Below, piece after piece: positions 1-9,019 of a stretch of 49,426 nt of DNA (positions are counted from its first letter, which is position 1; every line of letters starts with the position of its first letter). The notes below the pieces were generated by a model, which ran no database searches, was not told the origin of the DNA, and saw only the letters and a list, made by a program, of their open reading frames with translations. The DNA comes from Dongiaceae bacterium (GTDB taxonomy: Bacteria > Pseudomonadota > Alphaproteobacteria > Dongiales > Dongiaceae), in NCBI GenBank assembly GCA_040902665.1, contig JBBDWX010000041.1:1-49426 (forward strand), read 5' to 3'. Position numbers and translations under genes: made by a program.

Positions 1-1380
1 ATGACGGCGTCCACATTGCCGATTGCGGAGATCCGCAACGTTCTTCGCAGCCTGTCCGTGCCGGTGTTCATGGCCGGCCTGGACAACGAGAAGTCGCCGC
101 GGCTCACGCTGCATGTCGCGGCCCCGTACAGCGCGCGGGAGGCAGCCAGCCATGCGCGCACGGCGCTCGAGGGGATCGGCTGCGACGTGCCGGTGAAGGT
201 GCGGCAGTGGGACCGGGGCGCATTTGCCGCTCATGCGAGCCTTGAGGCTGCGAGTGCGGCGCTGGCGCACGAGACGACGGTATTCGATCCGACCGCGGCG
301 GTGTGGCGCTCGCACACGATGGTCGAGCTGGCCAAGGCGCTGCGCGAGGCGATGGGCGAGCCGCTGATCGGCCTCTATCTCGAGCCGAAGACGCGGACGG
401 TTTACCTGCTGATGCAGCTTGCGGCGTTCGACAAAGACGGGTTCTTCGACGAGACGATGCGCATGGACCTGACGCGGACGGCGCGCGATGTGCTGGTTGC
501 GTGGCGCAAGCAGCGGCGTTCGTCGATCGATCTTTCGGCGCGGCTGTGCTTCCAGCTTCCCGCCTATCCGCTGGTCGCGATCGACGATGCCTCGCCCTGC
601 CATCTTTCGAAGGGCGGGACGTTCCGCAAGGCGCGGCTGATGGCGGCGAGCGCGGCGGTTCTGGCGATGACGGCGCTCGGCGTCGGCTCGGCCAAGGCCG
701 AGGGCCCGGCGGTCACCGGCCCGAACGTGAAGCTCGATGTCGGCGGCGGCTTCGTCAACGACGAGGGCGCAGGCCTGGCGCATGGCCTCTTCACTTTCCC
801 GATCGGCGACCAGTTCGGCGCGCATATCGAGGGTGCGGCGGGCGTTCTGGACGACGAGTTCGGCTGGGGCGGCAGCACGATGTTCTTCTGGCGCGATCCG
901 GACGTGGCCTTGGCGGGTCTGTTCGTCTCGCACGGCGAGATCAACGACAACCACACGACGCGCTACGGTGCCTCGGGTCAGCTCTATCTCGGCCAGTTCG
1001 ATATCTCGGGCCAGGCCGGTTACCAGGAGCATAACCGCGGCAAGGACGGCGCCTTCGGCAAGATCGAACTCGGCTGGTACCCGGTCGACGACGTGCGCGT
1101 CTATCTCGCCGGCGACTTCAACCGGATCGCCAATATGGGCCTTGCCGGCATCGAGTTCCGGCCGGGCTTCGAGGCGCTGCCGGGCATGACCCTCTTCCTC
1201 GACGGCCAGATCGGCGAGAACGACCATGAAGGCCTCCTCGCCGGCGTGCGGTTCTATTTCGGCGAGAGCACCACGCTGATCGACCGCCATCGCCGCGACG
1301 ACTGGTTCCAGCTCATCCCATGGCTCCAGGTCGACGACCACAAGAAATATTTGGGCAACAAGGGGCCGGATCGCGAATAA
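1..1380 (+). CDS. Hypothetical bitopic membrane protein: ~210-aa N-terminal soluble domain, one hydrophobic segment, C-terminal Gly/Asp/Phe-rich beta-strand-like domain
   Basis: Uninterrupted ORF from ATG at position 1 (may extend upstream of the window). Strong G/C third-position bias along the whole length. Hydrophobic stretch RKARL-MAASAAVLAMTALGVGSA-KAEGP has positive charges on its N-side. The C-terminal part has an alternating beta-like pattern ending GVRFYFG. Confidence 0.6.
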   Translation: MTASTLPIAEIRNVLRSLSVPVFMAGLDNEKSPRLTLHVAAPYSAREAASHARTALEGIGCDVPVKVRQWDRGAFAAHASLEAASAALAHETTVFDPTAAVWRSHTMVELAKALREAMGEPLIGLYLEPKTRTVYLLMQLAAFDKDGFFDETMRMDLTRTARDVLVAWRKQRRSSIDLSARLCFQLPAYPLVAIDDASPCHLSKGGTFRKARLMAASAAVLAMTALGVGSAKAEGPAVTGPNVKLDVGGGFVNDEGAGLAHGLFTFPIGDQFGAHIEGAAGVLDDEFGWGGSTMFFWRDPDVALAGLFVSHGEINDNHTTRYGASGQLYLGQFDISGQAGYQEHNRGKDGAFGKIELGWYPVDDVRVYLAGDFNRIANMGLAGIEFRPGFEALPGMTLFLDGQIGENDHEGLLAGVRFYFGESTTLIDRHRRDDWFQLIPWLQVDDHKKYLGNKGPDRE

Positions 1381-1426
1381 CCGTCCCGGATCGCGGCTCG
1401 GCGATCGTCCTTTAAGACCTTCCAAC

Positions 1427-1472
1427 GGAGCCGCCGTTCGAGACAAACTCGGACGGCGGCTCCTTCCATTTC
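1427..1472 (+). terminator. Rho-independent terminator-like hairpin after the first CDS
   Basis: GGAGCCGCCGTTCGAG (1427-1442), loop ACAAA, CTCGGACGGCGGCTCC (1448-1463). 16-bp stem with one G-T wobble, followed by the T-rich TTCCATTTC. Confidence 0.55.
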
Positions 1473-1485
1473 AGGCCCGGATCGA

Positions 1486-2655
1486 ATGGCGCGTATCCTC
1501 TTCGCATGGGAACTGGGCGGCGGTTTCGGCCATGCCGGGCCGATGCGCGCGCTGGCGGACCGGCTTGCGACATCCGGCCATCAGCCTGTCTTCGCGCTGC
1601 GCGATGTCGTGGTGCCCGCGCCGCTGCTGCGCGATCGTCCCTATCCGGTGCTGCAGGCCCCGTTCTGGCCCAAGCCGTTCGACCTCCCGGGACGCAGCCA
1701 CGCGATCGCAAGCCACGCCGATATGATGGCACTGGCCGGATACGGGCGGGCCGACGATCTGGCCGCCATGGTTGCCGCGTGGGATGCCCTGATCGATCTG
1801 GTGCGTCCGGACCTGATCGTCGCCGACAACGCGCCGACACTGGCGCTCGCCGCCTATCGGCGCGTAGCGACAGTATTCGTGGGCTATGGCTTTACCCTGC
1901 CGCCTGTGCACGAGGACCGGTTTCCGCTGCTGCGCCGGGACACGCCGCCGCTGATGTCCGAAAGTCACATTCTCGGTAACGTCGAAAAGGTCCAGCACCG
2001 TCGCGGTGCCCCGGTGCCGCCGACATTGACGGCGCTCTATCGTGGCGCTTTCCGTGCGCTGGTCTGCGCCCGCGAACTCGATCCCTATCTGGTGCGGAAG
2101 GATCCGGAACTGGGTCCCATGGAGCGAATGCCACGGCCCGTGCCGCCGCCTGCCGAACCGACCCTGTTCGCTTATCTCGGCGGCGAGTTGCGCCGTATCG
2201 AGCCGCTGATCCAGGCATTCGCCCTGATGCGAACGCCGGTGCAGGCGTTCCTGCGCGACGACGCGGCCGTCCATGCATCTTTTCTTGCCGCCCGCGGTGT
2301 GACGATGCATCGCCAGGCGCCGGTACTGGCCGACATCGTGCCAAAGGTTTCCTGCGTCCTTTCGCTGGGCGGCCATACGACATCCCACGCAGCCCTGATG
2401 GGCGGGCGATCGCAGCTCGTAATTCCGGTTCATCTCGAAACCGACATGACCGCTGATCGATTGATCGAGATGGGCGTCGGTGCGCGGTTCGTTTCGAGCG
2501 AAGAGCCCCCCGCTCTTGCCGAAGAGCTGGATACGCTGGTGCGCGCCTCCGAGCCGATCGAGGCAGCCATGGAAGTGGCCCATCGCATCGCCGGGCGCGA
2601 CCTCACGCACGCACTCGACCGTACGGCCGAGGCCTGTACCGCCATCCTGCAATGA
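1486..2655 (+). CDS. GT1/GT28-like (MGT/UDP-glycosyltransferase-type) glycosyltransferase
   Basis: 389-aa ORF. N-terminus MARILFAWELGGGFGHAGPMRALADRLATSGH is typical of GT-B UDP-glycosyltransferases (Gly-rich loop plus His). Its stop overlaps the next start (ATGA at 2652-2655). Confidence 0.7.
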   Translation: MARILFAWELGGGFGHAGPMRALADRLATSGHQPVFALRDVVVPAPLLRDRPYPVLQAPFWPKPFDLPGRSHAIASHADMMALAGYGRADDLAAMVAAWDALIDLVRPDLIVADNAPTLALAAYRRVATVFVGYGFTLPPVHEDRFPLLRRDTPPLMSESHILGNVEKVQHRRGAPVPPTLTALYRGAFRALVCARELDPYLVRKDPELGPMERMPRPVPPPAEPTLFAYLGGELRRIEPLIQAFALMRTPVQAFLRDDAAVHASFLAARGVTMHRQAPVLADIVPKVSCVLSLGGHTTSHAALMGGRSQLVIPVHLETDMTADRLIEMGVGARFVSSEEPPALAEELDTLVRASEPIEAAMEVAHRIAGRDLTHALDRTAEACTAILQ

Positions 2656-3600
2656 CATCGCCGAGTACGAATACCGTCAGGTTCAGCATCATCGTGCCGA
2701 CATTCCGGCGTGCGGACCGGCTTGAGCGGTTGCTGCTTTCACTGGAACCTCAGCTTGCCGGACGCAGCGACCGCGAACTCATTGCCGTGGACGATGCGAG
2801 CGGCGATCCATCCTATGCAACGCTCGCCCATCGATTCGGTTCGACGATGCAGCTACTCACGCAACCGAAGAATGCCGGGCCGTCGGCCGCCCGCAATGCC
2901 GGCTTTCGCGCATCGCGCGGCGAGTTTCTGGTCTTCACCGACGACGATTGCGTGGCGACGCCCTACTGGCTCGATTGGCTGGACAACATTCTTGTCGAGA
3001 ATCCCGACATCGACCTCATCGGCGGCGAGGCGCGACCCCTGCCGCACGAACACGGCATGACCGTCACGCGCTGGGTTCCGGACGGGTTCCTCCGGCTGAG
3101 AACCTGGTCCTGTCGGAACGTCGTTACCCTTGCAGCAGTTGCATCCTTGCCGTTCGACGAAGCTGGTTCGAGCGCATCGGCGGGTTTCGCGAGGCGATGC
3201 GCTGGGCGGAAGATCGCAATCTGACCTATCGGCTGCGCCAGGCCGGCGCCCTTATCTATACCGATCACGCCTGGCACGTGTATCACGAGTCCGAGGCGAC
3301 GTTGCGACAGCATTTTCGCCGGCGCATCGGTTACGGACGCGGCGCGTTCGAACAGATGGCCCGGGAACAACCGGCCATCGATCGAACCGAATGGCCCGAC
3401 GACAGTGCGTTCGCCGTGTCGCTCGGCCGCCGGATCGGCGCGGAAATGCGGCGTCTGCCGTTCTATCGGCGCCGTGCCCGCACGGAAAAGAAATGGTGGC
3501 CCGGATATGCGGCGATGGCCGCCCTGACGCCGCTGGCGATGGATTGGGGCTACCTGCAAGCGCGGCAGAAGCATAACCGCCGCAAGACGGGCCTGGGGAA
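2652..3600 (+). pseudogene. Family 2 glycosyltransferase, reading frame broken by an apparent 1-nt frameshift near 3070-3110
   Basis: The N-terminal half (FSIIVPTFRR...AVDDASGD...FTDDDCV) is in the frame of 2652-3224. The C-terminal half (YPCSSCILAVRRSWFERIGGFREAMRWAEDRNLTYRLRQAG) is in the frame of ORF 2948-4312. Together they make one colinear GT2 catalytic domain. Confidence 0.65.
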
Positions 3601-4312
3601 GATGGGCCATAGCTGCCTGGTCAGCAACGGGCGGAGCGGCACCACGGTTCTGGGCGATCTGCTGTCGCAGAACCCCGGCCTCGCATGGGAACAGGAGATC
3701 TTCACCCATGCCGAATTGAGAGGAACGGCGCCGGTCACCTACGACCTGCTGTCGCAGCGTCTGGAGCGCTGCACGAACCGCGGCTTCGGATTTGCCATTC
3801 ACCCGACGCATATCGCAGGTCTGGGCCTGTCGATGGAAAACTTCATCGACCGCGCGACCGGCGACGGCATCGCGAACTATATCCTGCTGGTTAGACGCAA
3901 CAGCCTGCGCCGGCATCTGTCGATGCGTGCGGCACGGCTGACCGGTCGTTTTCATGAGTTTCGCGGCGATTTACAGAACCCGACGCCGGTGAAGCAAATC
4001 CATCTGGAAGTCGCCGGGAAGGCCGGGCGCGACCTGCTTCACTATTTCGATCGACTCGAAACGGATTACGCGGCGTTGCGAGGCCTCCTGACACCGCACC
4101 GCTTCATCGAACTCTCATACGAGACCGACATCGAACCCGATCCGACGATCGGGTTGCGCAAGGTGGCGGCGTTTCTCGATCTGCCAGATTTCGATCCGGT
4201 CGTCCGTTATCAGCGCCTCAATCCGCACCCGCTCTCCGACATCGTCACAAATTACGACGAGGTTGCCGAACTGATCGGCCCGTCGAAACATGACTGGATG
4301 CTGGACCGCTGA
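3601..4312 (+). CDS. Stf0-like sulfotransferase domain, in frame with the GT2 C-terminal part and with no intervening stop (possible fusion or internal start at ATG 3601)
   Basis: MGHSCLVSNGRSGTTVLGDLL (5'-PSB-type xRSGTT loop) and ILLVRRNSLRRHLS (3'-PB-like). The ~237-aa size is typical of Stf0-type enzymes. No good SD lies before ATG 3601. Confidence 0.65.
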
Positions 4313-4313
4313 A

Positions 4314-5900
4314 TCAGCGGCGCCGATCGCGCAACACCCGCTTTGCCGCGTTATGCCCGGGAGCCCCGGAAACACCGCCGCCTGGATGACTGCCCGATCC
4401 GCACAGATAAAGCCCCGCCAGCGGCGTGCGGTATTGCGCGGCTCTGGGATGCGGTCTGAGGCTGAAGATCTGGTCGAGATCGTGCCTGCCGTGAAAGATG
4501 TCGCCTTCGGTCAGTCCGAAAATCCGTTCGAGATCGAGCGGGCTCAACACCTGGCGATCGACGGTGATCGAAGCGAGGTTCGGAATATGCCGGCCGACCG
4601 CCGCGAGAATCGCGTCTGCAACCGAATCGCGGATTTCGTCCCAGTTCCGGCCGCCGGAGAGTCGATAGGGATAATATTTGCACAGCAAACTCATGACATG
4701 ATGACCCGGCGGCGCCAGGCTGTCGTCGAGCGCCGATGGCACCAGCAAGGCGACGTAGGGCGTCGTCGGGATCTCACCGGCCTGCGCTGCCCGATAGTTT
4801 TCTTCGGCCTCGCGTCGATTTGGCAGGATCGTGACCGACGAGCCGCGCGCGATCGCCTGTTCGGCATCGGGAATCCCCGCAAACCGCGGTTCGCCATTGA
4901 GTGCCAGATTCATGCGCAGCGAGGCGTGCCCCATGCGCAGATGCCCGATATCCTCGGCGAACGCAGGGTCGAGATGCTCGCTGCCGACGAATTTCAGGAA
5001 CGTACGCTTGGGATCGGTATTCGCGAGAACGAAACGCGCGCGAATCTCCTCGCCGCCTTCGAGCCGAACGCCCCGGGCCCGACCGCCTTCGACGACAATG
5101 CGATCGACCGGCGCATCGGTGCGGATGGCGACGCCATGCTCGCGGGCATCGGCGGCCAGCGCCTGCGTGACAGCGCCCATGCCGCCACGAGCGAGACCCC
5201 ATTTGCCGCGCCGGCCCTCGAATTCGCCGAGCACATTGATGAAGAACGGGATGGCCGAACCGGGTGCGTCCAGGGAGGAGAAGTTGCTCGAGACGCAATG
5301 CACCGCGTAGATCTGCCGGACCGCTTCGCTTTCGAACCAGCGCTCCATCAGAGCGTTGGCCGACAGCGTGAACATCTGGACCAGAAAATGCCGATCCTCC
5401 GGCGTAAGCCGCCGCATCCCGCCGCCGATCCGCAGCATCGAAAGGATCGAATCGAGCCCGCCGGATAAAGAAGGAGGCTCGCGCAGCAACTGATCGCGCA
5501 CCACGTCGCCCACGCGCTGAAGCTGCGCCGACAATCGACCCATGGCATCGAAGTCGCGGTTCGAAAAACGCGCAATCTGGGCGCGGTCATGGACTTCCTC
5601 GCCGGTAAAAAGCGCCGTACGCCCCTCGCCGAGGATATCGAGCGACCCGCGATAGGCGATCGTCTCCAGCCCATGCCGCTTCAGTTCGAGGTCGCGGACG
5701 ATCTCCGGGCGCAACAGGCTCAGCGTGTACGATGCGATCGAGTTGCGGTAGCCGGGATGAAACTCTTCGGTAACTGCCGCACCGCCCACGACCGAGCGGC
5801 GCTCGAGGACCAGCGTTTTCATGCCGGCGCGGCCGAGATAGGCCGCTGCCGTCAGGCCGTTATGCCCGGCCCCGATGACGATCGCCTCGTAGTCGCCCAT
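4314..5900 (-). CDS. FAD-dependent oxidoreductase, phytoene desaturase (CrtI)-related family
   Basis: 528 aa. N-terminal dinucleotide fold YEAIVIGAGHNGLTAAAYLGRAGMKTLVLERRSVVGGAA. C-terminal LYLCGSGSHPGGGVSGAPG is typical of the CrtI/COG1233 family. Confidence 0.85.
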   Translation of the reverse strand: MGDYEAIVIGAGHNGLTAAAYLGRAGMKTLVLERRSVVGGAAVTEEFHPGYRNSIASYTLSLLRPEIVRDLELKRHGLETIAYRGSLDILGEGRTALFTGEEVHDRAQIARFSNRDFDAMGRLSAQLQRVGDVVRDQLLREPPSLSGGLDSILSMLRIGGGMRRLTPEDRHFLVQMFTLSANALMERWFESEAVRQIYAVHCVSSNFSSLDAPGSAIPFFINVLGEFEGRRGKWGLARGGMGAVTQALAADAREHGVAIRTDAPVDRIVVEGGRARGVRLEGGEEIRARFVLANTDPKRTFLKFVGSEHLDPAFAEDIGHLRMGHASLRMNLALNGEPRFAGIPDAEQAIARGSSVTILPNRREAEENYRAAQAGEIPTTPYVALLVPSALDDSLAPPGHHVMSLLCKYYPYRLSGGRNWDEIRDSVADAILAAVGRHIPNLASITVDRQVLSPLDLERIFGLTEGDIFHGRHDLDQIFSLRPHPRAAQYRTPLAGLYLCGSGSHPGGGVSGAPGHNAAKRVLRDRRR

Positions 5901-6074
5901 CGCCTGCCCCTGCTGTATCGTGCGCCCGGTCCGCTAGATAGCCGGTCGGGCCCGTTGCGTCGAGCGGGCCGCAGCACCCGCGGGAACGCCGGCATCGGGA
6001 AGCTCGCATTGCGACCCGGCACGTTCTCTTCGAGGCGCCGCGCCTGTTAGGATACCCCTCCAGAACCCCAAGGG

Positions 6075-6494
6075 ATGTGCATGACCCAGGTAAGCCTGTC
6101 GACGAAACTGCCCGCATCGGCCGTCCGCGTTTGGGAACTGGTCGGCGGATTCAATGCCCTCCCGGACTGGCACCCGGCGATCGAAAAAAGCGAGCTTTCG
6201 GAGAATGGCCGGGTGCGGACACTTACCCTTACCGACGGCGCCCAGCTTGTCGAACGATTGCAAAAGCACGACGACCGGAGCCGAAGCTACAGCTATGCGA
6301 TTGCGGCGAGTCCGCTGCCGATCGCGGACTACAGTGCAACGATCAGCATTCGCGATGCCGGCGCCGAGGGCTGCGTCATGGAATGGTCGAGCAGCTTCGA
6401 GCCGCTCGGCGTTCCGGAAACCGAAGCCCAGCAGGCCGTCACCGCGATTTATGAAAGCGGATTCGAAAGCCTGCGGCGGATGTTCGGCGGTTAG
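6075..6494 (+). CDS. SRPBCC (START/polyketide cyclase-like) ligand-binding protein
   Basis: 139 aa. VWELVGGFNALPDWHPAIEKSEL...RSYSYAI is typical of the SRPBCC fold family. An alternative ATG at 6081 has a better SD (AAGGGA). Confidence 0.75.
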   Translation: MCMTQVSLSTKLPASAVRVWELVGGFNALPDWHPAIEKSELSENGRVRTLTLTDGAQLVERLQKHDDRSRSYSYAIAASPLPIADYSATISIRDAGAEGCVMEWSSSFEPLGVPETEAQQAVTAIYESGFESLRRMFGG

Positions 6495-6527
6495 CCCGCC
6501 GGCAGTTGTGGGCGGCCGGGTGGCCGT

Positions 6528-7496
6528 TCAACCCTGAACGGGCTTCCGCGCTCGAATGCGGCGGCTACCGGCGGGCCGTCGCTCCAGCCAGGCATCGAGA
6601 TCGAGCCAGGTTGCGCGTTGACCCTGAATGAAGAGCCGGTTTCGGCGCCGGATCCAGTTGCGCAAATGCTTCATCAGCGTCCGGAGCAGTCGCGTACGCA
6701 TATCGATCAGATCCGCGCGCTCGGGATTGATCGCCCGAAACTTTTCGAGATCGTACAGCATGGCCATCAGCACGGTGACCGCATGGGCGGCCGAGCCCTC
6801 GAGATCGACCAGTTCGCTGCCGCCCCGATCGACGAGCTGCTCGCTCAGATTTCGATCGTGCCGGCGCCATTCGAGCAAAGGTTCCGCCAGAAAATAGGCG
6901 CCGTCGAGCAGGGCCGCCCGGAACACCATCGGCAGATCGTAGCCGGCCGGCAGGATGGCACGTTCGACGCCGCCGAACACGGCGAGAACGTCGCGGCGCC
7001 AGGCCATGGTCGCGCCGAGCATGTTGCGCTGCCAACCGTCGCGCAGCAAATCTTCCACCTCGAATCGGGCCGAGTCGATGTCGCCGACCATGAGACCCGC
7101 CCGTTTGCGCGCGGCATCGACGACGAACGCTTCGGACGTTACCAGCGAGACTTTCTCGCGCTGCAATGTTTCGACCAGCCGCCGGGCTCGGTTCGGCAGC
7201 GCCACATCGTCGCCATGAGCGATGACGATGATGTCGCCTTCGGCCAATTCCAGAATCCGGTTATAGTGGTTCATTCCCATGTTTTCGGCATTGCGATTGA
7301 GCCGCACACGATGCGGCCCGGCATACCCATCGACAGCCCGCTCGATCTCCGCCCAGGTATTGTCGGGCGAGGCGTCGTCGGAAATCACGATGTCGAGCGG
7401 CGGGCCCTCCTGGGCGAGTACGCTGCGCACCGCATCGGCAACGAACGCTTCGTGCCGATGACACACGAGAGCGAGGGTCACGGTCGGTTCGCTCAT
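6528..7496 (-). CDS. Family 2 glycosyltransferase
   Basis: 322 aa. VTLALVCHRHEAFVADAVRSVLAQ...DIVISDDASPDNT...AHGDD (DxD-type motifs of GT-A GT2 enzymes). Confidence 0.85.
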   Translation of the reverse strand: MSEPTVTLALVCHRHEAFVADAVRSVLAQEGPPLDIVISDDASPDNTWAEIERAVDGYAGPHRVRLNRNAENMGMNHYNRILELAEGDIIVIAHGDDVALPNRARRLVETLQREKVSLVTSEAFVVDAARKRAGLMVGDIDSARFEVEDLLRDGWQRNMLGATMAWRRDVLAVFGGVERAILPAGYDLPMVFRAALLDGAYFLAEPLLEWRRHDRNLSEQLVDRGGSELVDLEGSAAHAVTVLMAMLYDLEKFRAINPERADLIDMRTRLLRTLMKHLRNWIRRRNRLFIQGQRATWLDLDAWLERRPAGSRRIRARKPVQG

Positions 7497-7515
7497 CCTC
7501 GGGCAGTCCTTCGCA

Positions 7516-8301
7516 TCATCCCTTTGCCTTTACCCGAATGGCCGCATCGAGCAACGCGATCCTGGCAGCTTCCAGTACGTCTTCGTCCCGCGCAGCCCAT
7601 TCGTTCATTCGCGTCCGAAATCGCGCGATCGACGCAGACAGGTCGACCCGATCGGGGTCCGGCAGCATGAAGTAGCGCGAAACAAAGGCCCGATCAGCTT
7701 TGAGCCGCGGATATTGCGCATAGACGAGATCCGGGGCGACCGGAAGGCTATCGTCGTCAGGGCGGCCGATCCGCCCGAATCCGAACGGTAATCCGACCTG
7801 GCGCACGGCCTCCGAGATCCTGACCAGCAGCGGCGAGGCCATGACTTCGAAGCCGCTGATACCTAGACTCAGGCGCAGATCGTTGAGCCCGACATGAATT
7901 TCGTCGACGCCGGCAATTGCCACGATATCGTCGATATCGGTGGCAGAACGCGCCGTTTCTACAAGGAGAACTGTCCGCGCCCTTCCGGCGACACGGTCGA
8001 TGAAGGCCCGCACGTCGTCGCCGGTGTCGAAGAACGGCAGCATGATGGTCTTCGCACCCAGTGCGATGACACGATCGATCTCGTCGCCCTGACCGGGGTG
8101 CGGCGAATTTATGCGAACGAACAATTCCGACCTTTTGAGAACCGGCGCAACGCGCGCCAGATCGGCCTCAACATGCGTCGACTGCCAGGTATCGAGATTC
8201 TGCTGGCGCGCCGCCTTGCCGATCCGCTCGAGGTCCGGGCCGATCCGCGCGATACCGGCGGCTTCAGCCTTTTGCGCCAGCGCCGGATCGTTGGTGAACA
8301 T
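7516..8301 (-). CDS. HpcH/HpaI aldolase / citrate-lyase-beta-like TIM-barrel protein
   Basis: The ORF extends to 8424 but would overlap the upstream cupin gene, so the start was placed at ATG 8301 (MFTNDPALA; GTG 8340 is also possible). IMLPFF...LLVETARSATDIDDIVAIAGVDEIHVGLNDL resembles the PEP/pyruvate-binding aldolase family. Confidence 0.65.
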   Translation of the reverse strand: MFTNDPALAQKAEAAGIARIGPDLERIGKAARQQNLDTWQSTHVEADLARVAPVLKRSELFVRINSPHPGQGDEIDRVIALGAKTIMLPFFDTGDDVRAFIDRVAGRARTVLLVETARSATDIDDIVAIAGVDEIHVGLNDLRLSLGISGFEVMASPLLVRISEAVRQVGLPFGFGRIGRPDDDSLPVAPDLVYAQYPRLKADRAFVSRYFMLPDPDRVDLSASIARFRTRMNEWAARDEDVLEAARIALLDAAIRVKAKG

Positions 8302-8359
8302 CGTCAGAACGAAGCGGTCGCCGAGCCCTTCACCGCTGACGCCCGTCACCGCCAGCGCC

Positions 8360-8872
8360 TCAGGCGAAGCGATAGGGAATCCGGGGATGATCCGGCGGCA
8401 CCCGCCAATCGTCCGGATCGCCATGCTCGAAGGTTACATCCGTTGCATTGACGAAACCCGAAACTTCACCCGACGGATTCTGAACGCCGTGCCAGAGTTT
8501 CGGCGGAATGACAATGGCACGCGGCCGCATCGGACCGATCGTCAGGGCGTTCACCTTGCCGCGGGTGGGCGAACCTTCGCGGTCGTCGAACAGTGCGATC
8601 CGCAGCACGCCCTGGGTAACGAACAAAATGTCCGTCTGCTTGGCATGATAATGCCAGGCATTCACGATGCCCGGCTGGATTACGACATGCACCATCTGGC
8701 GAATCGGCACTGGCGGGTCGAACCAGTCATGGCAGAAGAACTCGGTCGTCGTGCCGCCGACCCGGGTAAACTGGTTGTTGAGTTCGCGCACCTGGACGCC
8801 ATGGATCGGATCGAACAGCAATTCCCCGCCGGTCGTGACCGTGGCAACGTCCTTGACCGCACCCTCGAGCAT
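8360..8872 (-). CDS. RmlC-like cupin (dTDP-4-dehydrorhamnose 3,5-epimerase / sugar keto-isomerase family)
   Basis: 170 aa. NAWHYHAKQTDILFVTQGVLRIALFDDREGSPTRGK...IPPKLWHGVQN matches the RmlC-type jelly-roll motif pattern. SD GGGAGA lies 6 nt before the ATG. Confidence 0.7.
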   Translation of the reverse strand: MLEGAVKDVATVTTGGELLFDPIHGVQVRELNNQFTRVGGTTTEFFCHDWFDPPVPIRQMVHVVIQPGIVNAWHYHAKQTDILFVTQGVLRIALFDDREGSPTRGKVNALTIGPMRPRAIVIPPKLWHGVQNPSGEVSGFVNATDVTFEHGDPDDWRVPPDHPRIPYRFA

Positions 8873-8936
8873 GGGCCGTCTCCCGCATTCCCCTCGATGC
8901 CATCAAACGGCACAATAAGGGTGAAAGGTACAGGGT

Positions 8937-8964
8937 GCCGACCGGCATTGAAAGGCCGGTCGGC
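8937..8964. promoter_or_regulatory. Perfect 10-bp inverted repeat in the divergent promoter region between the cupin operon and the amidohydrolase operon
   Basis: GCCGACCGGC (8937-8946), ATTGAAAG, GCCGGTCGGC (8955-8964). No adjoining U-tract on either strand, so it reads as an operator or leader hairpin rather than a terminator. Confidence 0.3.
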
Positions 8965-9019
8965 TTCGGGGGATCGCCGGCGCACCCGGTACGTCCCGAT
9001 TCGAAAGGACGACGCGACC

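Noticed and set aside
640-1380. Internal start giving a classical secreted protein (MAASAAVLAM...AKA|EGP)
   Set aside because: The upstream 639 nt show the same strong third-position G/C coding bias. An internal start would also leave the signal peptide without a positively charged n-region. It is kept as an alternative only.
3061-3110. Programmed -1 ribosomal frameshift in the GT2 gene
   Set aside because: No XXXYYYZ slippery heptamer or obvious downstream stimulatory structure was found at the frame junction. A mutation or assembly indel is the simpler explanation.
4290-5468. 392-aa plus-strand ORF, plus several 100-240-aa ORFs nested in 1-1380, 1486-2655 and elsewhere
   Set aside because: They overlap better-supported genes in other frames or strands. 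Their translations are dominated by Arg/Pro/Ala runs and no motifs are visible.
8111-9019. N-terminal 303 codons of the 783-aa ORF 8111-10462
   Set aside because: This part is antisense to the aldolase and cupin genes and crosses the divergent promoter region. The amidohydrolase homology starts only at ATG 9020.
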